From Synechococcus sp. (GTDB taxonomy: Bacteria; Cyanobacteriota; Cyanobacteriia; PCC-6307; Cyanobiaceae): 64,000 nt of DNA. Location: contig JBJBDL010000003.1 in the NCBI GenBank assembly GCA_047285305.1, positions 864,001 to 928,000 on the forward strand, read 5' to 3'. The notes below the pieces were generated by a model that worked only from the letters and a program-made list of their open reading frames with translations, was not told the DNA's origin and did not search any database. This document shows, piece after piece, positions 9,852 to 20,405 of the stretch. The first letter of the stretch is position 1. Every line of letters begins with the position of its first letter. The translations under genes and the position numbers were made by a program.

Positions 9852-10364
9852 TCAGAAGTAGATCTTCCCGCCACCCCAGGCGCTGCCCTGGACTTTGGGC
9901 GACACCAGGATGTAACCAGCCATCAGGCGCAGATCTTCATCATCGAGATCGCGCATGGCGGGATATAGCTCAGCGTCGCGCATGCTCGGGTGCAGGTCAG
10001 CAATGCTGTACTCACCGTCGTAGGAGGTGGGGTCCTTCATGTAATCGACCAGGGCCTCAACGTTGTCGCGAGCTGGGGTGGCCAGGGCCAGAGTCTCAGG
10101 ATCCAAACCCACGTTGTGGTTGGTCTTGGTGATGCCGCCGGCGTGGCAGGTGCCGCAGCTGGTGTTGAACACCTTGCGGCCAGCATCGATTTCTCGATCG
10201 CTGAAGGTCACCTCTGTGCCGGAGGGATCTGCTGGAACCGTCAGGGTCTCAGCGTCCCACTGGGCCGCCTGAGCCGGAGAGATAACGGCCAAACCGATCA
10301 GCACCGGGAAGAGGACCAGAAGGCCCTTCAGGGACCGTCGCAAGGAAGAGAACACAGAGGCCAT
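9852..10364 (-). CDS. psbV: Photosystem II cytochrome c550
   Basis: Signal peptide, CGTCH heme motif, GGITKTN and C-terminal WGGGKIYF. Confidence 0.96.
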   Translation of the reverse strand: MASVFSSLRRSLKGLLVLFPVLIGLAVISPAQAAQWDAETLTVPADPSGTEVTFSDREIDAGRKVFNTSCGTCHAGGITKTNHNVGLDPETLALATPARDNVEALVDYMKDPTSYDGEYSIADLHPSMRDAELYPAMRDLDDEDLRLMAGYILVSPKVQGSAWGGGKIYF

Positions 10365-10437
10365 GAAGGTAAGGGGGTGTGACGCATTCACCGCACCAAG
10401 CTCTTGTATCACGGGGAAGTGACCCTCTGTGGCCGGA

Positions 10438-11397
10438 TCACGAACTGTTGCAGCGTGGTTTGACGTCAATGCTGAGGAAGTCCTTGGCCAGCAGCGTGTT
10501 GGGGAAGATCGCCTTGGCCTCGTCCAAGAGGTCTTGGGGCGTGACCGGGTTGCCCGGCACGTAGCGCGGGCTCAGGTGGGTGAGCACCAGCTGCCCCACA
10601 CCCGCTTCGGCGGCCGTCTGTGCAGCCATGGTGCTGGTGGAGTGCTGTTTCTGGAACGCCATCTCCGCCTCGCCATGGGCAAAGGTTGATTCATGGATCA
10701 GCAGATCCGCGCCGCGCGCAAGCTCGACGGCCGCTTCGCAGAACACGGTGTCGGTGCAATAGACGACGCTCACACCAGGCCTTTCCTCACCGCAGAGGCT
10801 GGTGCCGTCGATGCTGCGACCGTCCTCCAGGATCACCTTTTCGCCCCGCTTCAACTGGGCGTACACGGGGCCGGGCGGGATGTTCAGTTCCAGTGCTTTC
10901 TCAATATCGAAACGACCGGCCAGGGGCTTCTGTTCGATGCGATAGGCGTAGGCCGGCACACGGTGGGTGAGCGGTGTGCAGCTCACCGTGAAGTCGTCGT
11001 CCTCGAACAGCAGCGTGCCCTGCTCGGCTGCATCCCGGACCCTGTGGACAGCGAGGGGATAGCCGATCCGGGTGGAGCTGGTATGTAGCACACCATTCAG
11101 GTAACTCTCCAGTGGGTCCGGCCCGTAGAGATCCACCCCTGCTGCGCTGCTGCCGGCGAGCCCGAGGCTGGCGAGCAGACCAGGCAGGCCGAACACGTGG
11201 TCGCCATGCATGTGGGTGATGAACACTCGGCGCAGCTGCGACAGCCTCAGATCACTGCGTAAAAACTGATGTTGGGTTCCCTCACCGCAGTCGAATAGCC
11301 ACATCTCCGAGCGCTGCGGCAAGCGCAGAGCCACAGCTGAAACGTTGCGGGCCCGGGTGGGTACCCCAGAACTCGTACCGAGAAATGTGACCTGCAA
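10438..11397 (-). CDS. rnz: Ribonuclease Z
   Basis: [29 protein letters not shown] and LTHLSPRY motifs. Confidence 0.96.
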   Translation of the reverse strand: MQVTFLGTSSGVPTRARNVSAVALRLPQRSEMWLFDCGEGTQHQFLRSDLRLSQLRRVFITHMHGDHVFGLPGLLASLGLAGSSAAGVDLYGPDPLESYLNGVLHTSSTRIGYPLAVHRVRDAAEQGTLLFEDDDFTVSCTPLTHRVPAYAYRIEQKPLAGRFDIEKALELNIPPGPVYAQLKRGEKVILEDGRSIDGTSLCGEERPGVSVVYCTDTVFCEAAVELARGADLLIHESTFAHGEAEMAFQKQHSTSTMAAQTAAEAGVGQLVLTHLSPRYVPGNPVTPQDLLDEAKAIFPNTLLAKDFLSIDVKPRCNSS

Positions 11398-11468
11398 GGC
11401 CGGTGCTCCTCAGGACTCATGCTGCCATCTGGCTGAACCTAGGAACAGGCGGCACACTGGGACGTCTG

Positions 11469-12845
11469 TTGATCTCCAGCGTGCGCCGCCCCTCCGTTGC
11501 CGTCGGGCTGGTGCTCGTCGCTCTGATCGCTCCATCACCGGTGGTGCTGGCCCGCGGCCGCGAGCCGCAGATGCGCGTGCTGCTGCTGGAGAACAACCAG
11601 GTCAGCCTGCGCTCCGATGGCGTAAAGCCGCTGCGGGTGCAGGGACTCCCCGGCGGCGAGCGACGGCCGCAGCGGCTGCAGCTCAGCCTTCAAGGAGCCC
11701 GCCTGAGTGCCACTGTGGATGGCCGATCGATGCGGCTGGCCCCCAGCACCCTGGTGACGGTGCAGAACGACGATCCACGGGGCATCTGGCTGGGGGGGCG
11801 TCGCTACCGCGGTGTGCTGCGCGTCAGCGGACGCGGCGGGACCTTGCGGGTGGTCAATAGCTTGGGCGTTGAGACCTATCTCGCCAGTGTTGTCGGCAGC
11901 GAAATGCCCCACCGCTGGCCCCTGGCTGCCTTGCAGGCCCAGGCCGTGGCCGCGCGCACCTATGCGTTGAAACAACGCAGCCGCGGTGGTGCCTGGGATG
12001 TAAAGGCCACGGTGGCGAGTCAGGCGTACCGCGGCGTGGAGTCGGAGACCCCGAGCACACGCAGGGCGGTGGCGAGCACCCGTTCTCTGGTGCTCGTGCA
12101 CGGCGGTCGCCTGATCGATGCCGTCTTCCACAGCAGTTCTGGCGGGGTGACCGAGGCGAGTGGGATGGTCTGGCGCCGCCAGCATCCCTATCTGGTCAGC
12201 GTCCCCGACCACGATCAGCACAGCCCGGTGCACCGCTGGGAACAATGGTTTGATTCGGCCGGGCTGCTTCAGCGGCTGCCCGAAACCGGTGGGCTCCAGG
12301 ACGTTGAGGTGCTGAGTCGTTCCGCCAGCGGACGCGTGCGTGAGGTCCGCTTGTGCGGGCCCCGCGGATCGCTGGTGCTCAGCGGCAGCGAGCTGCGCAA
12401 GCGATTTGGTCTCAACAGCACGCTGGTGAACTTTGAGATGCTGACCGCAACCGCCAGCCGTGGCTCCCGTATCGATCGGATCACGGCTTCGGTGACCCGC
12501 CAGCGGGGAGCATGGCCGCCTCTTTTAGTGGCCCCTCCGCCGGTGTTAGTCAGCAAGAAGTCGGTGCGTCGTTGGTCCGCTGGCGGACTCCAGCTGCTGG
12601 TGAAGGGCCAGGGCTATGGCCACGGCGTTGGCATGAGTCAGTGGGGAGCCCACGGTCTGGCGGAGCAGGGGGCCGGCTTCCGTTCGATTCTTCGGCACTA
12701 CTACCGCGGGGCTGAGGTTGTTCCCTACCAGCCGCACCACGACCCATCGCTGGCGCTGAAGCCCCCAACGAAGCCACTCTGGAGAGACATGCCGGTTTCG
12801 CCCTTTGGCGCGGTTTCCCTGTCGTCTGCAACGCCATTCCAGTGA
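11469..12845 (+). CDS. SpoIID/LytB domain protein
   Basis: ETYLASVVGSEMP, ALQAQAVAARTYA, GYGHGVGMSQWGA and ILRHYY motifs. Start uncertain (11403 or 11469). Confidence 0.9.
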   Translation: MISSVRRPSVAVGLVLVALIAPSPVVLARGREPQMRVLLLENNQVSLRSDGVKPLRVQGLPGGERRPQRLQLSLQGARLSATVDGRSMRLAPSTLVTVQNDDPRGIWLGGRRYRGVLRVSGRGGTLRVVNSLGVETYLASVVGSEMPHRWPLAALQAQAVAARTYALKQRSRGGAWDVKATVASQAYRGVESETPSTRRAVASTRSLVLVHGGRLIDAVFHSSSGGVTEASGMVWRRQHPYLVSVPDHDQHSPVHRWEQWFDSAGLLQRLPETGGLQDVEVLSRSASGRVREVRLCGPRGSLVLSGSELRKRFGLNSTLVNFEMLTATASRGSRIDRITASVTRQRGAWPPLLVAPPPVLVSKKSVRRWSAGGLQLLVKGQGYGHGVGMSQWGAHGLAEQGAGFRSILRHYYRGAEVVPYQPHHDPSLALKPPTKPLWRDMPVSPFGAVSLSSATPFQ

Positions 12846-13572
12846 CACGGATCTGTGTGCTGTGCTGGCGGCCCATCTGGAGCGTCATCTGCGCAGTTGG
12901 CAGGGGCCTGATCCCCTGAAGCCATTGGGCCTGGCTACGGGACGCACTATGGAGCCGCTCTATCGCACCCTGGTGGAACGGCTGCTGTCGTGGTCTGCCG
13001 ATGAGCTGGAGGCCCTGCGGGCCCGATGGTGCAGCTTCAACCTGGACGAATACCTCGGACTTTCATCGGAGGATCCCCGGGGCTATCGGGCCTACATGAC
13101 CCACCACCTCGCTGCACCCCTGGGCTTGCCCGTCTCAGCGGTACATCTGCCCGACAGCACTGCCGCTGACGGAGCGGTTGCCGCGCGGCGATACAGCGAG
13201 CAGCTCAGCTGCTGCGGGGGCATCGGCCTGCAGCTTCTGGGGCTTGGCAGCAATGGTCATGTGGGTTTCAACGAGCCGCCTTGTCCCCCTGATCAGCACT
13301 GCCATGAGGTAGAGCTGACCCCTGCGACCCGGCAGCAGAACGCGGTGCTCTTCGATGGTTGCCTTGAGGCTGTGCCCCAGCGGGCTATCACTCTGGGCCT
13401 GTGGGAGATCCTCGAGGCTGCTGAGATTCATCTGGTGGTGACCGGCGCCGCCAAGGCCGGCATCCTCAAGCGGTTGTTGGACTTAACGGAGCCGGATCCT
13501 GCGCTGCCCGCCAGCTGGCTGCTGACCCATCCCAATGTCTGGCTCTGGTGCGATGCAGCGGCTTTAGCTTGA
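12805..13572 (+). CDS. nagB: Glucosamine-6-phosphate deaminase family protein
   Basis: LGLATGRT, FNLDEY, LGLGSNGHVGFNEP and PASWL motifs. Confidence 0.85.
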   Translation: MARFPCRLQRHSSDTDLCAVLAAHLERHLRSWQGPDPLKPLGLATGRTMEPLYRTLVERLLSWSADELEALRARWCSFNLDEYLGLSSEDPRGYRAYMTHHLAAPLGLPVSAVHLPDSTAADGAVAARRYSEQLSCCGGIGLQLLGLGSNGHVGFNEPPCPPDQHCHEVELTPATRQQNAVLFDGCLEAVPQRAITLGLWEILEAAEIHLVVTGAAKAGILKRLLDLTEPDPALPASWLLTHPNVWLWCDAAALA

Positions 13573-13591
13573 ACAGCCGAGAGCAGCGGCG

Positions 13592-13855
13592 ATGAGCATC
13601 GACCCCGTGGAACGGCGCCTTGAGCAGAGCTTTGAAGCGGAACGCTGGACGCGCTTCATTCAGGACTGTCAGGACCTTGAGCAGTTGCGCGAGACGGCCT
13701 TGGCGTTAGTGCAGCAGCTGGCCCAGCAGAAGGCGTCTAGTGCCTGGATGGCCACACGGGCCTCGGAATCGGAAAATGCAAAGTTGGAGATGCTGGCGCG
13801 GATGATCCGTCAGCAACCCGATGGCGAGGAGGAGAAGGCGACTGAGTCCCTCTAA
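13592..13855 (+). CDS. Small helical protein, possibly NblA-like
   Basis: 87-aa ORF with LEQSFE..R..I...D.EQLRE.AL.L pattern; -10-like TAGCTT at 13565-13570. Confidence 0.6.
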   Translation: MSIDPVERRLEQSFEAERWTRFIQDCQDLEQLRETALALVQQLAQQKASSAWMATRASESENAKLEMLARMIRQQPDGEEEKATESL

Positions 13856-13885
13856 GGGGGCCCCAGCCGCCGGCCTGGTCGGGTG

Positions 13886-14056
13886 TCAGTGTTCCTTTTG
13901 CCAGCGACTCAGGTGTGCGGGCGAGAACTTGTGGCCGTGTTTGGCCCCGACCTTGACCACGCAGGAGTTGTCCTTGCCGCAGCGCTGCACCTCATCGCGG
14001 ATCGAGTCGTTGCTCTGCACCCGCGACATGAACGTCTCCAGCTGTTTCATGGACAT
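13886..14056 (-). CDS. Nif11-like domain micro-protein (56 aa)
   Basis: Hand translation MSMKQLETFMSRVQSNDSIRDEVQRCGKDNSCVVKVGAKHGHKFSPAHLSRWQKEH; GGAGG RBS upstream. Below the track cutoff. Confidence 0.8.
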   Translation of the reverse strand: MSMKQLETFMSRVQSNDSIRDEVQRCGKDNSCVVKVGAKHGHKFSPAHLSRWQKEH

Positions 14057-14161
14057 GGCGATCCTCCAGAAGTGATGTCTTCGGCCTAGCGCTGGGGTTG
14101 ATCGGGACTCAGGGCCTCAAGCTTTGGTGCGGATTTGCTGAAGACAAACTTCAAGGAGGCG

Positions 14162-14905
14162 TCAGTCGAGCTCCAGTCCGTCGGCGAGATCGAGGTTGGC
14201 ACTGACGCTGCGCACATCGTCGAGCCCGTCGAGGGCATCCAGCAGCTTGAGGCAGCTGCGGGCGGTGTCGGGATCGCTCACAGAGACGCTGGTCTGGGCG
14301 GACCAATGATGGCCCCATTCCCGCACGTCCCAGTCAGCCCGTCGCAAGCCGTCCTGAAGGCTCTCCAAGGCCTCAAAAGAGCCGTGCACTATCACTGCAT
14401 CGTCCAACAGCTCATAGCCATCGGCATTCAGCTCCAGGAGGCTTTCCAGTAACCGTTCCTCGTCGTCGGGGCCGGCGTTGAGGATCACTTCGCTGCGGTG
14501 CTCAAACAGGTAGGCCACGCAGCCGTTTTCCCCCAGGTTTCCGCCGTTCTTGCTGAAGGCCAGCCGCAGATCCGCCGCGGTGCGGTTGCGGTTGTCCGTG
14601 AGCGCCTCCACCAGCACCGCCATGCCGCCGGGGCCGTAGCCCTCGTAGCGCACCTCCTCGAGTTGGGCTCCATCACCCGCCTGACCTGACCCCTTGGCGA
14701 TGGCCCGCTCAATGTTGGAGGCGGGCACCCCAGCGGCACGGGCTTTGCTGATGGCCGTCCGCAACTGAAAATTCCCGGCGGGGTCGGCGCCGGCACGGGC
14801 CGCCACCATGATTTCCCGTCCCAGCCGGCTGAACACCGCGCCTCGTTTGGCGTCGACGACGGCCTTGGTGCGTTTGATCTGGGACCATTTGCTGTGGCCA
14901 GCCAT
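14162..14905 (-). CDS. YebC/PmpR family protein
   Basis: [19 protein letters not shown] and TDNRNRT motifs. Confidence 0.95.
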   Translation of the reverse strand: MAGHSKWSQIKRTKAVVDAKRGAVFSRLGREIMVAARAGADPAGNFQLRTAISKARAAGVPASNIERAIAKGSGQAGDGAQLEEVRYEGYGPGGMAVLVEALTDNRNRTAADLRLAFSKNGGNLGENGCVAYLFEHRSEVILNAGPDDEERLLESLLELNADGYELLDDAVIVHGSFEALESLQDGLRRADWDVREWGHHWSAQTSVSVSDPDTARSCLKLLDALDGLDDVRSVSANLDLADGLELD

Positions 14906-14958
14906 CGCGTCAGGGCAGGGCGGGATGCGCTCGGAGAGTACTGAGCGACCGGGTAGAT

Positions 14959-15867
14959 TCAGCCTGCTGCATCGAAGACCACCTTGGGTCGCAACAGACC
15001 TTCGTTCTCGCGGTGACCAATACCGGCCATGCTTCCATCCGGGTTGCACACCACCACCGCCTCTCCAGCCCCTGGATCCATCGCGATGCGTCGGCCGCAG
15101 CGCCAGTCGATCTGCTCGGCTTCGCTGAGATCGCGCCGGGGCAGGGCCCCCATGGCCAGCAGAGGAGAGAGTGGATCGGGCGGCACAGCGTCTAGCTCTG
15201 GCAGGGGATGGGCCTGATGCGCATGGAACCCCAGGGCTTGGGTGCGGCGCAGGGAGGCCAGGCACCCTCCGCAGCCGATGCGGTCTCCCAGATCCCTGGC
15301 GATCGAGCGGATGTAGGTGCCGGCGGAACAGTGCACCTCGATGCTCAGCTGCCCCAGGGCCGCATCCCAATCCAACAGCTCCAGGCGGTGCACGGTGACG
15401 GCCCGCGGCGGCAGATCCATGGCTTCACCGCGCCGAGCCCTGGAATGGGCCCGTTCGCCATCCACATGGACGGCGGAGACCTGCGGCGGACGCTGTTCAA
15501 TCGGGCCCCGAAACGCCTCCAGGCTGCTGTTGAGTTCGGCCTGACTGAGGCCAGGCCAGGCCTGCTGCTCCAGCAGCTCTCCTCCCAGATCGTCGCTGCT
15601 GGTGCGCCGGCCCAGCTGAATCACACCGGTGTAGGTCTTCTCCCCGGGGAGGTAGGGCAGCAATCGGGTCGCCGGCCCTAGGGCAATGGGGAGAACACCG
15701 GTGACGGCAGGATCAAGGGTGCCGCCATGGCCCACGCGCTTGAGGCCGTAGCTGCGGCGCAGGCGGCTGACGCAGGCATGGGAGGTGAGGCCTGCGGGCT
15801 TGTCTATTACTACGAAGCCGAAGGGGCCGTTCACCGGGGCTGGAGCAGGGTGCTCTGACTGTTGCAT
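14959..15867 (-). CDS. truB: tRNA pseudouridine(55) synthase
   Basis: [17 protein letters not shown] and CSAGTYIRS motifs. Start may be 15906, 15867 or 15834. Confidence 0.95.
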   Translation of the reverse strand: MQQSEHPAPAPVNGPFGFVVIDKPAGLTSHACVSRLRRSYGLKRVGHGGTLDPAVTGVLPIALGPATRLLPYLPGEKTYTGVIQLGRRTSSDDLGGELLEQQAWPGLSQAELNSSLEAFRGPIEQRPPQVSAVHVDGERAHSRARRGEAMDLPPRAVTVHRLELLDWDAALGQLSIEVHCSAGTYIRSIARDLGDRIGCGGCLASLRRTQALGFHAHQAHPLPELDAVPPDPLSPLLAMGALPRRDLSEAEQIDWRCGRRIAMDPGAGEAVVVCNPDGSMAGIGHRENEGLLRPKVVFDAAG

Positions 15868-15908
15868 TCCGCCGGATGCGTAGGTTAGCCGCTGCCTGAT
15901 GCCCATGC

Positions 15909-16661
15909 ATGCCCCAGCTCCGCAGCAGCACGGACGTGGACGTCTCCGCTTTCCTGGCGGACGGTTTGGGCATCAAGCAACACCTCAGTCGCTACCTCGA
16001 CCTGACGCTGGATCAGCTTGAGCAGCGTCTGCCCAGCAGCACCGACGACCTGGCGGATCTCCATCCCGGTGCGTTCCGGCCGGAGGACGCCACCGCCTTC
16101 TATGAGGACACGGTGGGCACGGGACACCTGCTGGAGCTGGCGGCCTGGCACCTCTCCAGTGCTGATTACATTGCCGACACTCTGCGGCTGCAGGGCATGG
16201 CGGTGCAGGGCCAGGTGCTGGATTTCGGCGGTGGCATCGGCACCCACGCGCTTTCGGCGGCGGCGCTGCCGGAGGTCGATCACGTCTGGTTTGTCGACCT
16301 CAATCCCCACAACCAGGCTTTTGTTCAGCAACGTGCGCAAAGCCTGGGGCTGGCGAACAAGCTCTCGGTGCATCGAGATCTAAGCAGCACGGGCGATGTT
16401 CGTTTCGATTCGGTGGTCTGCCTCGATGTGCTGGAACACCTGCCGGATCCCTCGGCGCAGTTGCTGGAGTTTCACCAGCGGATGGCCCCCGGGGCCATCG
16501 CTCTTCTGAACTGGTACTTCTTTAAAGGGCATCAGGGCGAGTATCCCTTCCATTTCGATGATCCGGCCCTGGTGGATGGGTTTTTCTGCACTTTGCAGGC
16601 TCAGTTCCTTGAGGTGTTTCACCCCCTGTTGATCACGGCCCGGCTGTATCGGCGTTCCTGA
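15909..16661 (+). CDS. Class I SAM-dependent methyltransferase
   Basis: VLDFGGGIG motif I and CLDVLEHL. Confidence 0.85.
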   Translation: MPQLRSSTDVDVSAFLADGLGIKQHLSRYLDLTLDQLEQRLPSSTDDLADLHPGAFRPEDATAFYEDTVGTGHLLELAAWHLSSADYIADTLRLQGMAVQGQVLDFGGGIGTHALSAAALPEVDHVWFVDLNPHNQAFVQQRAQSLGLANKLSVHRDLSSTGDVRFDSVVCLDVLEHLPDPSAQLLEFHQRMAPGAIALLNWYFFKGHQGEYPFHFDDPALVDGFFCTLQAQFLEVFHPLLITARLYRRS

Positions 16662-16682
16662 GGCTGCGACAACACAAGCTCC

Positions 16683-16720
16683 AAAAAAAAAAGCCCCTGT
16701 GCCAGCTGGCATCGGGGCTC
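16683..16720 (-). terminator. Terminator of the rplU-rpmA operon
   Basis: Minus strand GAGCCCCGATGCCAGCTGGCACAGGGGCT followed by a long T run. Confidence 0.8.
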
Positions 16721-16743
16721 TGGATTGATGTTTGCCTTGAACC

Positions 16744-17010
16744 TCAGACCGCTGATGTGATGTTGATGCGCTTGCGGTTGCGCAGGCCGCGGCGGATCGA
16801 TTCGAACTTCACGATGCCGTCCGTGAGGGCAAACAGGGTGTCGTCTTTGCCTTTGCCGACATTGACGCCGGGCAGAACGGAGGTGCCACGCTGGCGGATC
16901 AAGATGGAACCAGCGGTGACGGTTTCGCCGCCGTAGGCCTTCACACCGAGGCGTTTGGCGTTCGAGTCGCGGCCGTTACGGGTTGAGCCTGTGCCTTTTT
17001 TATGTGCCAT
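16744..17010 (-). CDS. rpmA: 50S ribosomal protein L27
   Basis: [24 protein letters not shown]. Confidence 0.99.
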   Translation of the reverse strand: MAHKKGTGSTRNGRDSNAKRLGVKAYGGETVTAGSILIRQRGTSVLPGVNVGKGKDDTLFALTDGIVKFESIRRGLRNRKRINITSAV

Positions 17011-17055
17011 GAGAAGAGATGCTGATGGGGCGGTTGATGGAGCGAGGGGGAGAGG

Positions 17056-17421
17056 TCAGCTGATGGCCTTGCCGCCCACGGAGATGGACTCAACCATCAC
17101 CCGGGTGAGTTCCTGCCGGTGACCATTCTTGCGGCGGGTTTTCTTTTTGGGGCGCATCTTGTAAACGATCACCTTGGGCCCGCGGCGATGGGCCATCACC
17201 TTCAGGGACACGATCGCGTCCTTGACGTAGGGCTGGCCGAGGCTGGTTCCCTTGCCATCCTTCACCAAAAGAACGTTCTCAAGCTTGATGGTGTCATCCA
17301 CCTCGGCTTGAAGCCGATCGATGTCGTAATAGCGGTTGGGCTGCAGCCAGATCTGGGTGCCCGACGCCTCAACGATGGCGTAGGTCCCGCTCTGTTCCGC
17401 GGCTGGTTTGGTGTCGGACAT
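17056..17421 (-). CDS. rplU: 50S ribosomal protein L21
   Basis: YAIVEASG...KVIVYKMRPKKKTRRKNGHRQELT. Confidence 0.98.
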   Translation of the reverse strand: MSDTKPAAEQSGTYAIVEASGTQIWLQPNRYYDIDRLQAEVDDTIKLENVLLVKDGKGTSLGQPYVKDAIVSLKVMAHRRGPKVIVYKMRPKKKTRRKNGHRQELTRVMVESISVGGKAIS

Positions 17422-17553
17422 AAGGTGAGAAGACGCGTTCAGGCTCGGCGAACCGATTCAGGCCTGAGCCGCAATCGAAAAACAAACAAAGATCTTCGTC
17501 TCTGACGCGCCCCATCGTCAAGATTCAGATATCTCGACGCTGCGGATGACCGG

Positions 17554-18438
17554 ATGGCCAGGCCGGCCCTCACTGTTGCTCTCGTGCTTGCCAGCCCAGA
17601 CTTGGTGGAAGCCTGCCGCCCCTGGCTGCCGGCCAACCGTTACGAGTCTGTTGTTCTGACGGTTGGTCCTGGGGAGACCCTGGCAGCTGTTCTCGGACCT
17701 CGGCAGGACGACTTTGACGCTGTGGTGCTCGAGCAGAGCCTGCTCGATACCGCGGCCAAGGAGCAACTGCTGGCATCGGGTCTGCTTTTCCCCGCCGTGA
17801 TCGTTGGGGAGGTGAAGGGGCAGGTGGACTACCACCCCGAGGAGTTGCATCTGCCCGACGACCAGCTGGCCCAGCTGGGATACAACGTTGACGCGGCCAT
17901 TTCGCGTTTTCTGCGCCAGGGTCGTGCCGATGGACGCCAGGACGACAGCAGCTCCTCCTCCCGCGCCGTCAGCAACCTCTCCGATCGCCTGCAGGAGCGA
18001 CTCGGCTACCTAGGGGTCTTCTACAAACGGGATCCATCCCGCTTCCTGGGCAGCTTGCCCCCTGAGGAGCGCCGCGATCTGCTGCTGTCGCTCCAACGCA
18101 CCTATCGGGACCTGCTGGCGAGTTATTTCAGCGATCCGGCCGCTGCTAATCAGGCCTTGGAAAGCTTTGTCAACACAGCTTTTTTCAGTGATCTGCCGAT
18201 CACCCGCACCGTTGAGATCCACGTGGATCTGATCGATGAATTCTGGAAACAACTCAGTTTGGAGGGCCACAAACATGACTTTCTTCAGGATTACCGCCTT
18301 GCGCTTCTGGATGTGATGGCGCATCTGTGTGAGATGTACCGGCGCTCTATTCCGCCGGACCTTCCTCTGTCGGGCACGGCTTCCAGCCGTGTACGTCGCC
18401 CGACGAATCAGCTCGATGCCTCGGAGGAGTCGTCATGA
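17554..18438 (+). CDS. kaiA: Circadian clock protein KaiA (full length)
   Basis: [13 protein letters not shown] and [22 protein letters not shown]; first gene of kaiABC. Confidence 0.96.
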   Translation: MARPALTVALVLASPDLVEACRPWLPANRYESVVLTVGPGETLAAVLGPRQDDFDAVVLEQSLLDTAAKEQLLASGLLFPAVIVGEVKGQVDYHPEELHLPDDQLAQLGYNVDAAISRFLRQGRADGRQDDSSSSSRAVSNLSDRLQERLGYLGVFYKRDPSRFLGSLPPEERRDLLLSLQRTYRDLLASYFSDPAAANQALESFVNTAFFSDLPITRTVEIHVDLIDEFWKQLSLEGHKHDFLQDYRLALLDVMAHLCEMYRRSIPPDLPLSGTASSRVRRPTNQLDASEESS

Positions 18439-18800
18439 GTCCCCGCAAGACCTACATCCTCAAGCTCTACGTGGCGGGCAACACGCCCAATTCGATGCGG
18501 GCGCTGAAAACGCTGCGCAACATTCTCGAGACCGAATTCCGGGGTGTGTATGCCCTCAAGGTGATTGATGTGCTCAAAAATCCCCAACTAGCGGAGGAAG
18601 ACAAGATCCTGGCAACGCCGACGTTGTCCAAGATTCTTCCCCCGCCGGTGCGGCGCATCATTGGTGACCTCTCCGATCGGGAGCGTGTTCTGATCGGTCT
18701 GGATCTGCTTTACGACGAGCTGTCTGATACGTCGCTCAATTCGAGCTTGATCGATGCGGGCGATGAGGAGACCGACATGACGATTTCCTCAGATCCTTAA
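18435..18800 (+). CDS. kaiB: Circadian clock protein KaiB
   Basis: [14 protein letters not shown]...KILATPTL. Confidence 0.98.
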   Translation: MSPRKTYILKLYVAGNTPNSMRALKTLRNILETEFRGVYALKVIDVLKNPQLAEEDKILATPTLSKILPPPVRRIIGDLSDRERVLIGLDLLYDELSDTSLNSSLIDAGDEETDMTISSDP

Positions 18801-18865
18801 GCGACATGGTGTGCTCCAGCACGGTTCATCTCCTGCTCACTACGGTCAAGTCATAGGTGGTTGCC

Positions 18866-20404
18866 ATGCAGTTCCCCCCGACCAGCGGTCAGCCTCAGAT
18901 GCAGGTTCAAAAGCTCCCGACAGGGATCGAGGGCTTTGATGATGTTTGCCAGGGCGGCCTGCCGATCGGCCGCAGCACGCTGATCAGCGGCACGTCCGGC
19001 ACCGGCAAGACGGTGTTTTCGCTGCATTTCCTTCACAACGGCATCAAGCAGTTCGACGAACCAGGCATCTTCGTCACCTTTGAGGAATCGCCCCTCGACA
19101 TCCTCCGCAACGCCGCCAGTTTCGGTTGGAACCTGCAGGAGATGGTTGAGCAGGACAAGCTCTTCATCCTCGACGCCTCACCGGATCCGGACGGCCAGGA
19201 CGTGGCTGGCAGTTTTGATCTCTCCGGTTTGATCGAGCGAATCAACTACGCCATCCGCAAATACAAGGCCAAGCGCGTCGCCATCGACTCGATCACGGCG
19301 GTTTTCCAGCAGTACGACGCTGTGTTCGTGGTGCGCCGTGAGATCTTTCGGTTGATCGCGAGGCTCAAGGAAATCGGCGTCACCACGGTGATGACCACCG
19401 AACGAATCGACGAGTACGGCCCGATCGCCCGCTACGGCGTTGAGGAATTCGTCTCCGACAACGTGGTGATTCTGCGCAACGTGCTCGAAGGAGAGCGGCG
19501 TCGGCGCACCCTTGAGATTCTCAAGCTGCGGGGCACCACCCATATGAAGGGCGAGTTCCCCTTCACCATGGGAACTCACGGCATCAGCATCTTCCCGCTC
19601 GGGGCCATGCGCCTCACCCAGCGGTCCTCCAATGTCCGGGTCAGTTCTGGCGTGCCGCGCCTGGATGACATGTGCGGCGGTGGTTTCTTCAAGGACTCGA
19701 TCATCCTGGCCACCGGAGCCACCGGAACGGGCAAGACGATGCTCGTCTCCAAATTCATCGAAGACGCCTGCCGAAACAAGGAACGCGCGATCCTGTTTGC
19801 CTATGAGGAATCGCGTGCCCAGCTGCTGCGCAACGGCACCAGCTGGGGCATCGACTTCGAGCAGATGGAGCAGGACGGGCTGCTCAAGATCATTTGTGCC
19901 TATCCCGAATCAACGGGCCTTGAGGATCACCTGCAGATCATCAAGACGGAGATCAGCCAGTTCAAACCGTCGCGTATGGCGATCGATTCCCTCTCCGCCC
20001 TGGCGCGCGGTGTGAGCCACAATGCCTTCCGTCAGTTTGTGATCGGGGTGACCGGCTACGCCAAGCAGGAGGAGATCGCCGGCTTCTTCACGAACACCTC
20101 TGAGGAGTTCATGGGCAGCCATTCGATCACCGACTCCCACATCTCCACGATCACCGACACGATCCTGCTGCTGCAGTACGTGGAGATCCGCGGGGAGATG
20201 GCTCGCGCCCTGAACGTCTTCAAGATGCGCGGTTCATGGCACGACAAAGGCATCCGCGAATTTGTGATCACGGGCAATGGCCCTCAGATCAAGGATTCCT
20301 TCTCAAACTTTGAGCGGATCATTTCCGGTGTGCCCCATCGGGTCACTACCGATGAGCGCAGCGAGTTGTCGCGCATCGCCCGCGGTGTCTCCACCGAGGA
20401 CTGA
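18866..20404 (+). CDS. kaiC: Circadian clock protein KaiC
   Basis: Two RecA-like domains (GTSGTGKT, GATGTGKT) and the HISTITD phosphorylation region. Confidence 0.98.
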   Translation: MQFPPTSGQPQMQVQKLPTGIEGFDDVCQGGLPIGRSTLISGTSGTGKTVFSLHFLHNGIKQFDEPGIFVTFEESPLDILRNAASFGWNLQEMVEQDKLFILDASPDPDGQDVAGSFDLSGLIERINYAIRKYKAKRVAIDSITAVFQQYDAVFVVRREIFRLIARLKEIGVTTVMTTERIDEYGPIARYGVEEFVSDNVVILRNVLEGERRRRTLEILKLRGTTHMKGEFPFTMGTHGISIFPLGAMRLTQRSSNVRVSSGVPRLDDMCGGGFFKDSIILATGATGTGKTMLVSKFIEDACRNKERAILFAYEESRAQLLRNGTSWGIDFEQMEQDGLLKIICAYPESTGLEDHLQIIKTEISQFKPSRMAIDSLSALARGVSHNAFRQFVIGVTGYAKQEEIAGFFTNTSEEFMGSHSITDSHISTITDTILLLQYVEIRGEMARALNVFKMRGSWHDKGIREFVITGNGPQIKDSFSNFERIISGVPHRVTTDERSELSRIARGVSTED

Positions 20405-20405
20405 T

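Noticed and set aside
13886..14056. Prochlorosin/lanthipeptide precursor
   Set aside because: There is no double-glycine cleavage site, no core peptide and no modifying enzyme nearby; kept only as a Nif11-like domain.
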